NCBI RefSeq assembly: GCF_029227915.1
Contig: NC_079880.1
Coordinates: forward strand, 19,707,855 to 19,771,854
Direction of reading: 5' to 3'
DNA from: Hydractinia symbiolongicarpus
Taxonomy: Eukaryota
Length of the DNA: 64,000 nucleotides
Shown here one piece after another: positions 47,758 to 60,110 of this stretch. The translations under genes and the position numbers were made by a program. The notes below the pieces were generated by a model that was not told the origin of the DNA, made no database searches, and saw only the letters and a program-made list of their open reading frames with translations. Within the stretch, counting starts at the first letter, position 1, and every line of letters starts with the position of its first letter.

Positions 47758-48270
47758 TAAGAATATACTCAGGGTCAGTTAAGAATATCTTAAGAAAATT
47801 TCCAACCTCGATTGTTTATTTTAAATATAAGACTAGTTTGCCAATAGCTATAGCAACTTTAGCAAGCTTTATTTTATTAAGGGATTATATATTTTCACGA
47901 CATAGACTTGCTAACAATATAATTAAGAATAACAAGGATGATATTCGTCAAGAAAGTTAAGAAATTTTTTTGTAAGAATATACTCTAAACGATGGGTGAG
48001 AATATCCTAAGAATATGTCTAAGCTTGATTGTTTGTTCTAATATAAAAATTTGTATAATGCACAAACTTAATTAGCAGTTTGCTTTTTTATTGCGAACTC
48101 AACTGTTTCTGTTCAACGCAATGAGCCGTTACATGCAGTAGAAATTGCCATTAGCAACAGTAACTTATTGCAGGCTTTATTTTTTTAAGGCATTATGTAT
48201 TTTGAGGCTATAGTCATGCTAAGAAAATATTAAGAATAATGAGGATTGCATTTGTCAAAAAAGTTAAGAA
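47758..48270. repeat. Two imperfect tandem copies of a roughly 230-250 bp unit (TAAGAATATACTC...GATATTCGTCAAGAAAGTTAAGAA)
   Basis: The second copy (47975-48270) repeats the first with indels. Shared blocks include taagaatatactc, ctaagaatat, gcaagctttattttattaagg and aagttaagaa. Confidence 0.6.
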
Positions 48271-49644
48271 CATCAAGGCTGAAACCAAAACACACTATTC
48301 TTATAAAAACAGCGTGTATATCCCAGAGAAGAATTTACATAAACTGTAAAAAGTAATTTTTCCGTGGTTACTGTTTTTTATACTACAGACGGTGTGATTC
48401 TGTGTTGATGTCGTTTTAAAAAACCTAAAACCTAAACTTAAAACAATGTTTACATCTGTTACGTTACGATCGTTTGAAATATACTTTATTCGGAGAAAAT
48501 TTATCCAAAAATTTTGGATAAATTATCGCAAATCAACAAATTTTCGCGAGATAAACTTTCGCGGCATATGAAATGGAAAAGTTTTGGCGAGATAAACTTT
48601 CGCGATTCGTGATTTTGAACTTATCTTTTATGTTTTAATAAAAAATGTGGCCTATATTTCTTATGATAGAAAAGGGAAGAAGTGTTTTTTAACGATGTAA
48701 CTTTTTTCTAATGGTATGTAAAAATTTCTACTTACAAATTGGGGTCATCATGAAACAGATCAATCACATTTCTAAGCTCGTCTTCTTCCGGCTCCAACGC
48801 ATCGTCGTCATCATCTTACTCGCCAGTAACTCGGTTATAAGCAAACATACATTTGAACATCATCACTTTTGATTATTGAGTTTCCGCGCTCGAACGCGTA
48901 GGAAATTATTTCACGTTCTTCTGAGAGGAGGATACTATTGGTTTCCATCTGCTAACTGTCCCAAATGGTCAATTGCAACTTCAGAGATTTAAACTTCGTA
49001 CCCAAGCTCCCTAAGTACTTAGAAGTCATCTAAATGACGTTTCAGGCCAAAATTGGTATTTGTTTTCGACAAAATTTGGTACAGTTAACAAAAAAGTATG
49101 CTGAACATATTGTTGACATTATAATTTTGATTTTTTGCCACCTAAATGTCTTTTTAGGCCAAAATTGGTCCAAAAATTAAAACTACTTTATTTTCGACAA
49201 AAATTGGCACAGTTTATAAAAAAAGTATGCTGAACATGATGGTCGCATCAAAATTTGGATTTTTTTTCAACTAAATGCCGTTTAAGACCATAAACGTCTC
49301 AATCGCAAGACTTTCAACCATGAATGATAGGCTGTATTTTTTGTTAGCAATTTCTTTTATGTGAGTTTATTATGACACGTTTCGTTTTGTTTGCGGTTGT
49401 TGTAAGATATAATGTCACTTGTGTGCTTTATCTTCAGAGCTTCATGCACCAAACTTCTTCGAATGTTTGGCACGATAGCACATCGAACTACCAGGTTGTC
49501 ATCAAATATTTTGGTAGCGAGCGGAAATTCTTAGAGCCCCCAGGGCTTCTTGTTTCTAAATTTTTTTCAACCTTTTTCCCAGCGCAAGTGGTCTCTTTTT
49601 TTAACGGGAGAGTGAGTAAAAAAAATAACTTTACATCAATTTAA

Positions 49645-50050
49645 CCTTATTCGGTCCGAGTTGAGGAGATGGATTCCGCCAACCGCTTGACGGTTTTTTC
49701 TTAGTAACTCCTTACCGCTACGTTGCATAGCTATAATACTTACTGAACTTCAGTATTTATCTATTAGACACCATACCAAATTTTTAGATCCCATGCCTCT
49801 CAAAAGCTTTGATATTGGCTATTACTCGAAACTGCCCCTAAAAATCTCTAGCAAACCTTGATAACTGGGAAAATATAATAACCCTTTGTAGGATTATCCG
49901 TAGAACTTGAAACTGACAACACAACTTTGTTTCATCAAGAAGAATCATTTTCCATGTTTTGAACACGTGATTAATTCAATTTCCCGATTTTTTCAGATTT
50001 TACCCGAAAATTGGAAAAAAACGGATTTTCAGGCAATTTTTGCCAACTAA
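49645..50050 (+). mobile_element. piggyBac-like MITE family, 3'-truncated or internally deleted copy
   Basis: TTAA at 49641-49644, then CCTTATTCGGTCCGAG...GGATTCCGCC...GACGGTTTTTTCTTAGTAACTCC. The copy is collinear with the 61917 copy through the ...attttacccgaaaat... block. Confidence 0.65.
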
Positions 50051-50198
50051 CCTAGTTTTTGAATTGGGCGAGGAAAATATTTGTTCAGTTTTTTGACGTT
50101 TACATTCTTAGACTTTAAGAAAGCAAAAAGCAATATACATTAAACAATGCTTTGGAACATATATGTCCATTCAAACCATGTGTAATATAGACGAAGCA

Positions 50199-50681
50199 TC
50201 ACGCTAAACCTTTGATATCAGTGACAAATTCTTCGTAATCTTCTCTTGTCCATTTGTCTTTAGCGGCTGCAGATGAAACCTTTGTTGCCAGATTGTCGTA
50301 GTTTTTCGGGTATATTTTGATATCAATTTTAGGATGGTGGTCATTTCCCATTACACCAGTGAAACAGAAGTCACCTCTACATTGCTCCAAAGGACTGATT
50401 TTGCTGAAAAAATTTTTTATAACCACAAATTTGGATTTTTGATAATACATTGTATCTGCAGTCATTTCTCGGCATTCATTGTCGTCTGTTGGACATATTG
50501 CTACACCAAGCCAGTTTTTGTGAAGGTCAAACGAATACGGAGCAGAGTACATGATATGAATGAAGTTGTTATTGCCTTTAAATGTGCAGCGCTGATATGA
50601 TCCAGTGGCCGTATTCCCTGTTTTGTGGCTAGCAAACCCTTCCCGATATCCAGATCTAACATTATGCATTGGAACATTCAT
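50199..50681 (-). CDS. ORF for the mature part of a small secreted Cys-containing protein (160 aa; ...NWLGVAICPTDDNECREM...EQCRGDFCFTGVMGNDHHPKIDIKIYPKNYDNLATK...). Family not recognised.
   Basis: Long open frame from ATG at 50679-50681. It is in frame with the upstream ORF at 50715-50941 apart from a single TAA at 50712-50714. Confidence 0.45.
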   Translation of the reverse strand: MNVPMHNVRSGYREGFASHKTGNTATGSYQRCTFKGNNNFIHIMYSAPYSFDLHKNWLGVAICPTDDNECREMTADTMYYQKSKFVVIKNFFSKISPLEQCRGDFCFTGVMGNDHHPKIDIKIYPKNYDNLATKVSSAAAKDKWTREDYEEFVTDIKGLA

Positions 50682-50714
50682 GTAGCCCTTGACAAGTTCA
50701 CATTCCTCTAATTA

Positions 50715-50941
50715 TAAGACCCATTTGCTGTAGTTTTCAATTGAACCAGCTACTGCCACGTTAAACCCTGGTGCCAATAATGCAGAAACAGTGCTAGATG
50801 CTAGTGTTGCTCCAACGCTTAGGGCTCCGGCAATAAGGGTAGCAATCCCACCAGCAATACGTTTTTTCTCTGCTGTGTTTCATTTTCTTTCGACGTTATT
50901 GTACCAATAAAAAACAACAACAGGAGTATGTGAAACTTCAT
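50715..50941 (-). CDS. Upstream part of the same gene: signal peptide MKFHILLLLFFIGTITS (frame A), then a Gly/Ala-rich segment ...IAGGIATLIAGALSVGATLASSTVSALLAPGFNVAVAGSIENYSKWVL (frame B). The two frames are joined either by a 32-35 nt micro-intron (GTACAATAACG...CACAG) or by a frameshift.
   Basis: ATG at 50939-50941 followed by a hydrophobic leader. The frame changes within CAGAGAAAAAACG. A 13 nt gap and a stop precede the downstream ORF, so the locus may be a pseudogene. Confidence 0.35.
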
Positions 50942-53051
50942 CTCCTAAAAATACATTTTATGTCAACATCGATATCACAATTTCTTAAATGCCTAAAGCT
51001 ATTAGCTAAATTACATAGAATATATCTTACGTTGAGGGATTTTTAATGTCTTATTTCAGCAAAGTACCGTGTTCAATTTTATTTTTGTGTTTTTGAATTG
51101 TATTATTTCTCACTCTACTTATAGAAACTTCACCAAATTATTCAAAAATGAGGAAAATACCTGTTTGCTATGGATCATTGTCCTGGTTGTTATTAAAGAA
51201 TTGTTTTTCGCGCACTCATAATTTTTTGCTGCAAATATTTATTTTTTTGCTTATTTTGACCGTTGAGGTTATTCAAATGTCTGAACATACGTCATGCTGT
51301 TTCTTGTTTTTGGTTTGGACATCACTGCGCACAATAACATTCACCAAATTTTATTAAAAAAACATTACTCTAATTTTTTTGGGATCTATTATGGAAAAAG
51401 GGAAAAGCATGATAATCTAATTTGGGCTATTAAAAATTAAATCATGCGCACTGAAAAGTTAAAACAATGCAGAAGTTACAGTCTGGGCCTTTGTTTGATT
51501 TGTATATCTGTTTGTTGCAAACAAATCTTTGGCTATATTCAATGGCTTTAACAAAGTAGTCTGAATCATTTAAATTTTAAAGTGTCTGTGGAGATTATCT
51601 CTCTTTTTCCGTCATAACTGGGCCATGCTAACTCAGATGCAAAAACTTTGTTAGGCATCAAAAGCGCAATACAGTGTTTTTTATGGATAATTTCAATTCA
51701 TTTTAAGGGTTTATGTATGAAAGAAAGAAATATTTAGTCATGTCATCAATTGATAAATTTCAAATCTGAAAAGTTTTCTAGCGAGTCAGACACAATCATG
51801 GTTAACCCTCCTTCATCACTCAAACGTGGCCCTTCCAACTTTTTGCACATGTCAGTGATCCTGTCTAAAAAAACACGCTCTACATGTCTGCGTCAATGAA
51901 ACATCATCAACAATTTTACGCATGTGGCGGAACACTGTATCGTGGCCTAAATATGGCAGCTCAACCGCTTGACAATAACTTTCATTTCTTACTTTTTGTA
52001 AAGCGTTCCTTTTTGGTGGCTAGCCTTGAAATAATGTCAATAGGCAGCAAATACAGTAGTTGCAAAGAAAGTATGTACAAGCAGAAAAAGTAACATACTT
52101 ACAAGTATTGCTTCTCTATTTCAGGTTTTCTAAATTACAGCTTTTTTCTTTAGCATTTAGCTACCACTTCTGTTTTAAACCGTATAATCTTGTAGAACTT
52201 CTCTTCCTGCTTGAACAAACACAATATTTTTAAATTATATTTTTTCCAGCTAAATGTCCTTATATAAGCAACCTACTACTTTTGCAGCCTAAACAAACTT
52301 TTTAAAGTTTGTTTTGGTTCCCAGGAAAAATTCAAAAATTTCCGCAAATAGAATTGCTGTATTTTACACAAGTGATTATATTCGGCAAAGAAAATCTTTT
52401 TTATTGTTGTCACATGACTGCAAATCGTAAGCAAATAAAAGTCGCGGCTTTCCTCAACAAAGAAGACATGCTGCTATAGATATATAAAGGAAAATTACCG
52501 TGAAATTACCATGTACATATAAGCCGATTAATAACAGCAATGATAAACTATAAGAATTTCTCAATTATCCATAACTCTTTACTATCAATAACGTTTTCAA
52601 AAATGCCAAAGGGATTGCCATTTTTAAAATTTGAGATTTTTTTAACCTTCAATTTCGTTGTTTTTCGCTGTAATCTCCTGATATTAATCTGATTTCTGGC
52701 TACTTTCGACTGTAAGGTTTGTAAACAAAAGCCCCGTCGAATAGGAAAGTTTAATTCGTTTTCGTATTGGCCAGCATTTTGGCATCTTCAAGTTGAATGA
52801 TTACGTTAATAAAATTAACGTTTAAAGTCCCTTGTTTTTTTACTTCTTGATTTGTCTTGTTTGTTTTTTGTCAGTGTTTTTGTTCTTATTGGTGTTGTTT
52901 TTTTTGTGGTTTTTTCTGCCGGACTAAATGGTAAACTTTTGTAAAAAAGGGTATTTTGTGGAAAAAATAGTGGTTGGCCACGTTACAAAATCACCTGTGT
53001 TAGTATTAAATTGATTAGGGCAAATACAGAAGGTCAACAAAAAAACACATA

Positions 53052-54485
53052 ATGCGCAATACGGATGGAATACCGCCTCGTCTCATAAAGGATTGCGCCG
53101 ATGAAATTGTACTTCCATTATGCTACCTAATTAACTTGAGTCTTCGGTCTCATACGTTTCCATCGGCTGAAAAAGTAGCACGCGTGACTCCAGTATACAA
53201 ATCGGACGATAAATCAAAACTTGATAACTATCGACCAATTTCCGCGCTAAATGTATTCTCGAAGATTATCGAACAAATAGTACATCACCAACTGTACAAT
53301 TATCTAGAAGAAAACAACCTTCTTCAATGCCAACAATTCGGATTTCGTAAACAGCGATCTACGCAACAAGCGGTGTCATTGTTTGTCGAAACTATTCGCA
53401 AAAATGCAGATAAAGGAGAATGTACTGGGGCGATTTATCTCGTCTTGCGAAAAGCCTTCGACACTGTGAACCACTCGCGGCTTTTACACAAACTCCAACT
53501 CCATGGCATCCATGATATCGAGTTGCAGTGGTTCGAAGATTATTTATTCAATCGTACCCAATATGTCACATACGATAACATAAATTCATCACCTCAACAG
53601 ATTACTTGTGGTGTACCCCAGGGTTCAACCCTGGGTCCATTACTATTCCTTCTACTCGTTAACGACTTACACCAACTACTAAGTAAATCGAAAGTACTTT
53701 TGTATGCCGATGACACTGTTGTATATTACTCATCAAAATCGAGCAAAGAAGTTGAATCAGTTCTTAATAACGAAGTCCAACGTATTGCAGACTGGATGAA
53801 TGAAAACTGTTTAATAATAAATCTTAAAAAGGGAAAGACTGAGTTTGTTATGTATGGAGCTCATCAAAACCTACGTAAACAGGAAGCATGTACCATCAAG
53901 ATAAATGCTACGTCCATTAACAAAGAAGATAATTATATCTATCTGGGGGTTAATCTGGACAACCATCTGACACTACAGGAACATCTCAACACAACGTACA
54001 AAAAGGCATCTGGAAAGCTCAAATTACTCAAAAGTATTCGATATCTTTTGACAGCTGACATAGTAAAATCGGTTTATAACACTGTTATCCTGCCGAATTT
54101 ACTTTATTGTTATCCAATAATGCTGTCTTTATCGAGAACCCAGGAAGACAAGCTACAATATTTACACAATCGAGCGTTTAAAATTTGTGGTGGTACCCAT
54201 CAATGGGATTCTATTGCAACAATCAAGAAACAAAGAGCTGCGGTTGAAGTTTTCAAAAGCATCAATGGCATCACTGAAAACCACTTCAATTTCGAGCAAA
54301 TCAACCACACAATGAATACTCGAAGAAATCAATCAAACATCAAACTTGGCCATCTTAGGACTGAATTCGCAAGAAAATCTTTCGGTCATCAAGGTGGTAT
54401 GATTTTTAACGAATTACCAACTGTACTGCAGAAAGAATCATCATTGTTTTTATTTAAAAGAAGCATTAGGGTTATTAAATTTTAA
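53052..54485 (+). CDS. Truncated LINE reverse-transcriptase ORF (477 aa; the first few codons come from flanking DNA)
   Basis: The translation has only five amino-acid differences from the - strand copy (H/R, M/I, R/L, E/G, D/V, PC/LR) and contains the YADD box. Confidence 0.85.
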   Translation: MRNTDGIPPRLIKDCADEIVLPLCYLINLSLRSHTFPSAEKVARVTPVYKSDDKSKLDNYRPISALNVFSKIIEQIVHHQLYNYLEENNLLQCQQFGFRKQRSTQQAVSLFVETIRKNADKGECTGAIYLVLRKAFDTVNHSRLLHKLQLHGIHDIELQWFEDYLFNRTQYVTYDNINSSPQQITCGVPQGSTLGPLLFLLLVNDLHQLLSKSKVLLYADDTVVYYSSKSSKEVESVLNNEVQRIADWMNENCLIINLKKGKTEFVMYGAHQNLRKQEACTIKINATSINKEDNYIYLGVNLDNHLTLQEHLNTTYKKASGKLKLLKSIRYLLTADIVKSVYNTVILPNLLYCYPIMLSLSRTQEDKLQYLHNRAFKICGGTHQWDSIATIKKQRAAVEVFKSINGITENHFNFEQINHTMNTRRNQSNIKLGHLRTEFARKSFGHQGGMIFNELPTVLQKESSLFLFKRSIRVIKF

Positions 54486-54790
54486 ATTTTACTTTTGTTC
54501 CCACACAGCGTCGCGTCTAATTACCTCTGCGCACTTAGATTTCCTTTCCATCAGTTTTGTTTTTCCTCTTCATGTCTTTTTCAGTGTGGTGTCGAAACTA
54601 TCTATCCCAGCACATTCGCATATTCCACTATCTTGTATATTTCATTTTTTGTCTTATAGATAATACATTTTTTTTATTATTTTTAAAATTTTTAACATTA
54701 TTTATTATATACTTGTATATACAGGAACCTTATTGATACCAGGATTGTCTTTATGAACCCTGATTAGGACACCTGTAAATAAATATGAAT
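53062..54790 (+). mobile_element. 5'-truncated copy of the same LINE family (RT C-terminal half plus 3' UTR), 98-99% identical to 38560-40330 and in inverted orientation relative to it
   Basis: Nucleotide collinearity starts at CGGATGGAATACCGCC and ends at ...CACCTGTAAATAAATATGAATA. The 3' UTR is the reverse complement of 38586-38890. Confidence 0.9.
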
Positions 54791-54957
54791 ATATACAGCT
54801 GTGCAATAGACACATTTTTAGAGTTGTGTTACTATGTTTTTTATCCATATCTGAAAAATATTCATCCAGATATGACACATTTCTGTCACAAAATATATGA
54901 CGCATGTGTCAAATATGACCAACATCTAATGTCACTTATCTTTCACTAATTTACGAC

Positions 54958-56308
54958 TTGATCGCCTATAATGTTAGGGATCCCATTTGGACTTTGATAC
55001 AATCAAGATGTCCCTCATTTCGTAGGAGGGACTGCAATGCTCAGTTCTCAGAAATTTTTCAGGAATCAGTGTTTGGATCTTTGAATGATTCTGAAAAAGC
55101 ATTATTTATCACATCTTTTCAATATAATGATTGTTGCGAGTGTTGTGGGAGGATTATATGCGGTTCGATGTGCAGTTTCGTACAATACGTGTCCAATTAT
55201 AGATCTCTTCCACTTGCTCATTTCAATGACAATTGGCATATGTATTTATTTGCACATAATTTTTTTGTCACTAAGATTGTTTGTCCTCTGTGTGGAGAAC
55301 GTACTACTGTGCCAAATGCTTTGACCACCCCAGCAACAGTTTTGTTCATTGAGTTTTCCAATGAAATGCAGAATCAGTTGAAAATACAGACCATCATTGA
55401 AATGGGTGGTTTGCGGTATAAACTTTCAGGTGCAGTGAAAAATAAAAATATGCATTTTACGACATGTGTTACTTTTCAGAATTCATGGATGTATATAGAT
55501 GATTGGAGTAGGCAAACAGAAATCTTCACAACTTTTTCGGAATTGTTACTGAAATATCCGGATGGCTGGTTCTTTTTTGTTACTGTCTCGTTGATTATGC
55601 AACGTGTGACACCAACAGTTTGGATTCTGTAACAAATTTTGGTGGTGTAGTTTGCAATGATCATAATTACTGTAAAGCTGCACTAGTTGATAATTCTACA
55701 CCTGATGAGAATTCATTTGAAAGGCATGATATGAATCATAGTGAAAGTGTTGTGACTTATTCTGCAGAGCATATTATAACAGGTCATCAAAATTCAAATG
55801 CTGAAAATTCTTCTCCCACCAGTATGGCTTCTGAATTTACTGATAATACCTTTAACCTGATATTTAAATTTCACAAAAAAATGAATAACCTTCAATTGAA
55901 TCAGTGTAAAATTTGTTATGAGGTTTGGTGCGGAATTACAGGAAATATTTGTGGCCGTTGCAAAAGAGATAAAATAGAACCCCGGAAATTCAGCACGTTT
56001 GGTTTTGTTATACCATGCTTCGTCAATTTCCAATGCTGAAAAGTAACTACGCAATGTGGCCTCTTCCCGCGCATTATATTCTGTTTTTTCATGGCCAAAA
56101 ATTTTCCAATGAAAAGTTAACCTGCCCTAGCCGTACTGAACGATGGAAAAATGAATTTCGCGGTATTGCAAATTGGTCACCTATCGTAGCGTACCACTTT
56201 TCCAACTGCTGCGCATATGCAAGCTTTGCAGATATTGGGATAAGTTCTTGCATAGAAAGTATGGAACCAGCAGCATATTCAACTGATTCAGGTATACAAA
56301 TAGGTTGA
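54958..56308 (+). other. Cluster of three consecutive Cys/His-rich + strand ORFs (224, 139 and 97 aa) between the truncated LINE and the Helitron remnant. Possibly a decayed TE-borne or captured gene. Function unknown.
   Basis: ORFs 54958-55632, 55620-56039 and 56015-56308 follow each other in different frames. Motifs include C-x2-C pairs and a His-box-like segment (YKLSGAVKNKNMHFTTCVTFQNSWMYIDDW) that resembles cysteine-protease (USP/OTU-type) boxes only weakly. Confidence 0.25.
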
Positions 56309-57716
56309 AAGGCAGTCAATAATAAATATCTGTAATATATATATACATATAAATTGGCCTTCAACAAAAGTGATGATATATATGACCATTCGCAAGAAAA
56401 CTTATTTATTTGAACTGAAAAATTGATGCACGCAGCGGTCGCACCAGTGTGGACACAGCCCTAGTTACTTCATATGGTGTGTTTGCAAAACATAAAAGTC
56501 GTATTTCCTGAATACTTAGACTTATGTTGTGTTCTTTCTATTGTACTTCTTGATATACACTGATATTTTTTCTTTGATTTTTTTTTCGGTTTGACACAAG
56601 TTGATAAAAAGGTGTACTCAAAGTCTTGAGTTTGAGTGTCTTTATACCTATGTGGGTTTAATATTAAGCGTTGATATGAAAAAAAATCCAGTACATTGAA
56701 CACCAGTTTAATATGTGTATTTGATCAAGATTGATCAAAAGTACTCTTAAATGATGGGCTTCCTTTTTATGAATATTTTTGCCACCTTCAGGTGATAATA
56801 AAGTTGTGCAGTTGTCAGTTATGTGAAAAGAAATACAGTTTCATTTTGTTGTTCTCAGCCTCGGGTAACAACCGGGCAGCCATTTTAAGAACTTTTTGTG
56901 CTCCTGATTTCTCCGATTTTCGTTGTGACTTTTGCCGGGCCTAACTTTTCTGCATGCAAGATTCTCAGGATGGTCCGGACTCTTTAAAAACAAATCAAGG
57001 TTTTTTTTCGTCTTCATTATAATTTTGCTTATACAAAAAAACGTGTCATTTGATAAAGCGTGTTTAGCAGGCAAACGTGTCTCTTCATCATTGCCCCGTA
57101 AGTTCAACAAAATGCAATCAACATCGTAATGGATACGCATTCTATCCAGTATATACACTTCATTCGAACCTTCGTAAAAATCGAATTTATTAAATCCCTT
57201 TAACAAAAAAATGTTTTCACTTATCGTAAATGCCCGATTTACCGCCTTGGGCGCTTAATAAAGAATTTAACTTTAGGGTGGGCGTTTATTCGAGAAAGGC
57301 GCTTAAGAAAACACTATTTTTGTGTCAAGTAAAAAGTTTCTTTTTAGAAACTATGATGGTAGGAAAATGATAAAACAGAAGACATATGTTCAGACTCTAA
57401 AAATAATGTTTTTAAACGTAAATGTTTGTATTACTAAATATTCTTTACGTCAATAATATCGTAAATATTCGAATTAGCGCCCCCTTTGACTGTTAAATTC
57501 CACAATAGCCGATTAGCGCTTATTCGAGAGGGGCGCTTATTTGAGAGTGGGCGATAAATGGAGCATTTGCGGTGAATGGATTTATAAACAACAGTATATA
57601 TTTGAAACCAACATCTCGTCAATTATAATATAACGTACATCCTTCAGTTTGTTGTAGGTATGACTTGATTGGGGAAAATTTTATTTTGCCACAGTTAATA
57701 AGAAGGAAAAATAATT

Positions 57717-60110
57717 CTATTTTGTAACGACTAGTTTACAGGCATCATGATCTGAGGAAAAAATAGTATCAACTTTACAGTCAAATTTAAAAAAATCGGG
57801 CAACACTCTCTTTATGTAAACGTGATCGAGTAGAGAACCGTTGATATGTGTTGGTTCGTTTACAAGCAAGGAATAGTCTTTTAACGTGAGGTTTAGGTCT
57901 TCATTCCCGTTGAATGCATTAATAGGGAAGTCTCCCATAACTATGTCAAGACTCTGACTTTTTAATAAATAATCAAATGTCTCCAGAAATGATATTATCT
58001 CTCTTAAATTTTTTCAATATAACAGTAAAATCCTAAACTTTCATGGTGAGGATAACTTTTTTACAACAGTAAAAATGCTAAAAGGTGATATGGGAAATAC
58101 GTCTAATAAACTACAAAATCTTTTTTCGTTATTGGAAAGAATTAAAGGCAGAGTTTTTGGATAAGTAGAATCCATTTGCATTTCAGCTATGATTTCTTCA
58201 ATTACTTCTGGTTAGCTGTCATTCTCATCTTCTGGTTTTGGTTTTATTTTCACAGAATAATTTGATAAAAATTACGATAAAAGGTCCAGCATGCGATATT
58301 ATCCGTTTTTGAATTCTGTATTTGGTCTATCCATGTATCTATCCGACATATTATGCTTGAAAATATCAGTACTGTCCGGTGGCAAACTTGAAATTTCTTC
58401 TGCGTTCCGACATACCCTGTATCGTTTCTCAGGAATGTTTCTATTCGCAAAAACAACAACAGGAAAAGTCTTTCGCAACCATATCCCTGGGATTATTATA
58501 GCAACAGCTTCTTGAACTGACATTTCGCGATGATTTCGATACGCATTTGCAATTGACTTTATCTGTTCAACTAACGAACCACGAGTTTCTAGTGCTTGTG
58601 ACGCGGCTTTTTTCATCGCTTCTGAAGATTCGTTTTCCACTTTCGGCAAGTAAGCGCACATGTAAGACACTGCTTTATAATAATCAAGAACAGGCTGAAT
58701 GTCTATGTTGGCTTTCCATGCCATCAAACCTTCGATAAAATAATTATTGAAAAAACAAGAATCAGGAAGTCTTCGAAAGTTTTCATATTCTTCCTTAGTG
58801 ATGTCTAAACTTTCAAGTATTTCTTCAATTGTTCTTGGGCGCCTATAACTCGGTTCATCTGGAATAAGGATATTATTGGTTCGTGAATTCATATTTGAAT
58901 CTATGTATGTCTTTACCTTGTCTTTACCTTGTCTAGTATTGTCTTCTTTTCCTTCAATATTATTTCCCTTTCTTCTTTAGATATATTATTAGGTAATGGT
59001 TCAGCAATAGTTGTACGGTCAGTGAAAAATTTGCCAAAGGAGTATCGACAATTTTTATTTTTGTATTTACGACAAGATTTTGAGTGAAAATGTGTTTGAA
59101 ATGTTGAAACTAGCTTGTAGAGACTTGGATCACTTTCTTTATCAGGAAGTGTACATTTAATTATGTTATCAACGAAAGCGATATACTACTCTTTATTGTC
59201 ACTACATAAGATTGGTGCATTGTTTACCCATAGCAAAGAGTGAATGTGTGGGCTACCTCTTACCTGAAATTCAACTCTAATGGCGTAGTAGTTTACTTTA
59301 CCTAACTGTCCGTCGACAACCATTGTTTAATAAAACGTCTCAACTCTGTATTGAAAATGTTTTGCTAAAAGAAATAGATTGCTATTAAGAATTTTGGTTC
59401 GTTGAAAGTAATTTAGATTTTCAATTTTCTCTTCAGTGATATCATTCCCTTGTAATTTTGTTATTATCTTAACTAGTTCATTTCATCTTAAATCTGCGCT
59501 TAAGGGTCATGAACAATGTCGGAAGTCCTAACTATTTTATCATGGCTAAAAAAGAAATCGCTTCCAATATGCAGATTATGTGTTCATAAAAGTGAAAGCG
59601 TCATCACTAGCTATGAATGATTTAACAATTTTTTTAAAGTTTGAGAACATCATTCCTGCTGAAAGACCGTCAGTTTTTATTTTTTGCATAGCGATGTTTA
59701 TGCGCTAATTCAAATTAGGATCTTGGGTTACTGCATGAGCAAAAAATTTATAATTAGTATCCGAGACAAAATTATATGCCAGTTCTTCACAAATTATTGG
59801 TATGGGAATTTTATCTTGACCCGGAGCAATAACAATACTCCCGTCATAAAAATGCTCATGTAGAATATTAGGGATAAAAGACGTTTTTGGCAAGATAAGC
59901 GATGTTCGTTCAAGGGGTTTTCACCCTCTTCCTCCTTATTTTCGGAATTTTCTTCAGGATCAACGTTATCAGTTCTACTGTACGTTCGCATACAAAATCA
60001 ATTTTTATTTCATTTTGACTTTTTTCATGTGCATGATCAGATGTCAAATTAATCCAGGAAGGTGGTATGTTTGCAAGATTAACTTCAATATTTTCATATA
60101 AAGCATTCAC
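57717..60110 (-). mobile_element. Decayed Helitron/Helentron-like remnant: Rep (HUH and Y motifs) fragments plus a C-terminal APE-type endonuclease fragment, with the helicase largely deleted
   Basis: ORF 58299-58892 (..ANIDIQPVLDYYKAVSYMCAYLPKVENESSEAMKKAASQA..) resembles the Helitron_like_N/Rep tyrosine-motif region. ORF 59910-60110 has an HUH-like ..LTSDHAHEK.. motif. ORF 57717-57938 (..INGSLLDHVYIKRV...IFSSDHDACKLVV) resembles the C-terminus of EEP endonucleases. Confidence 0.5.
58299..58892 (-). pseudogene. Helitron Rep-domain fragment (197 aa ORF)
   Basis: See the parent element. The fragment is bounded by frameshifts, and the neighbouring ORFs lie in other frames. Confidence 0.5.
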
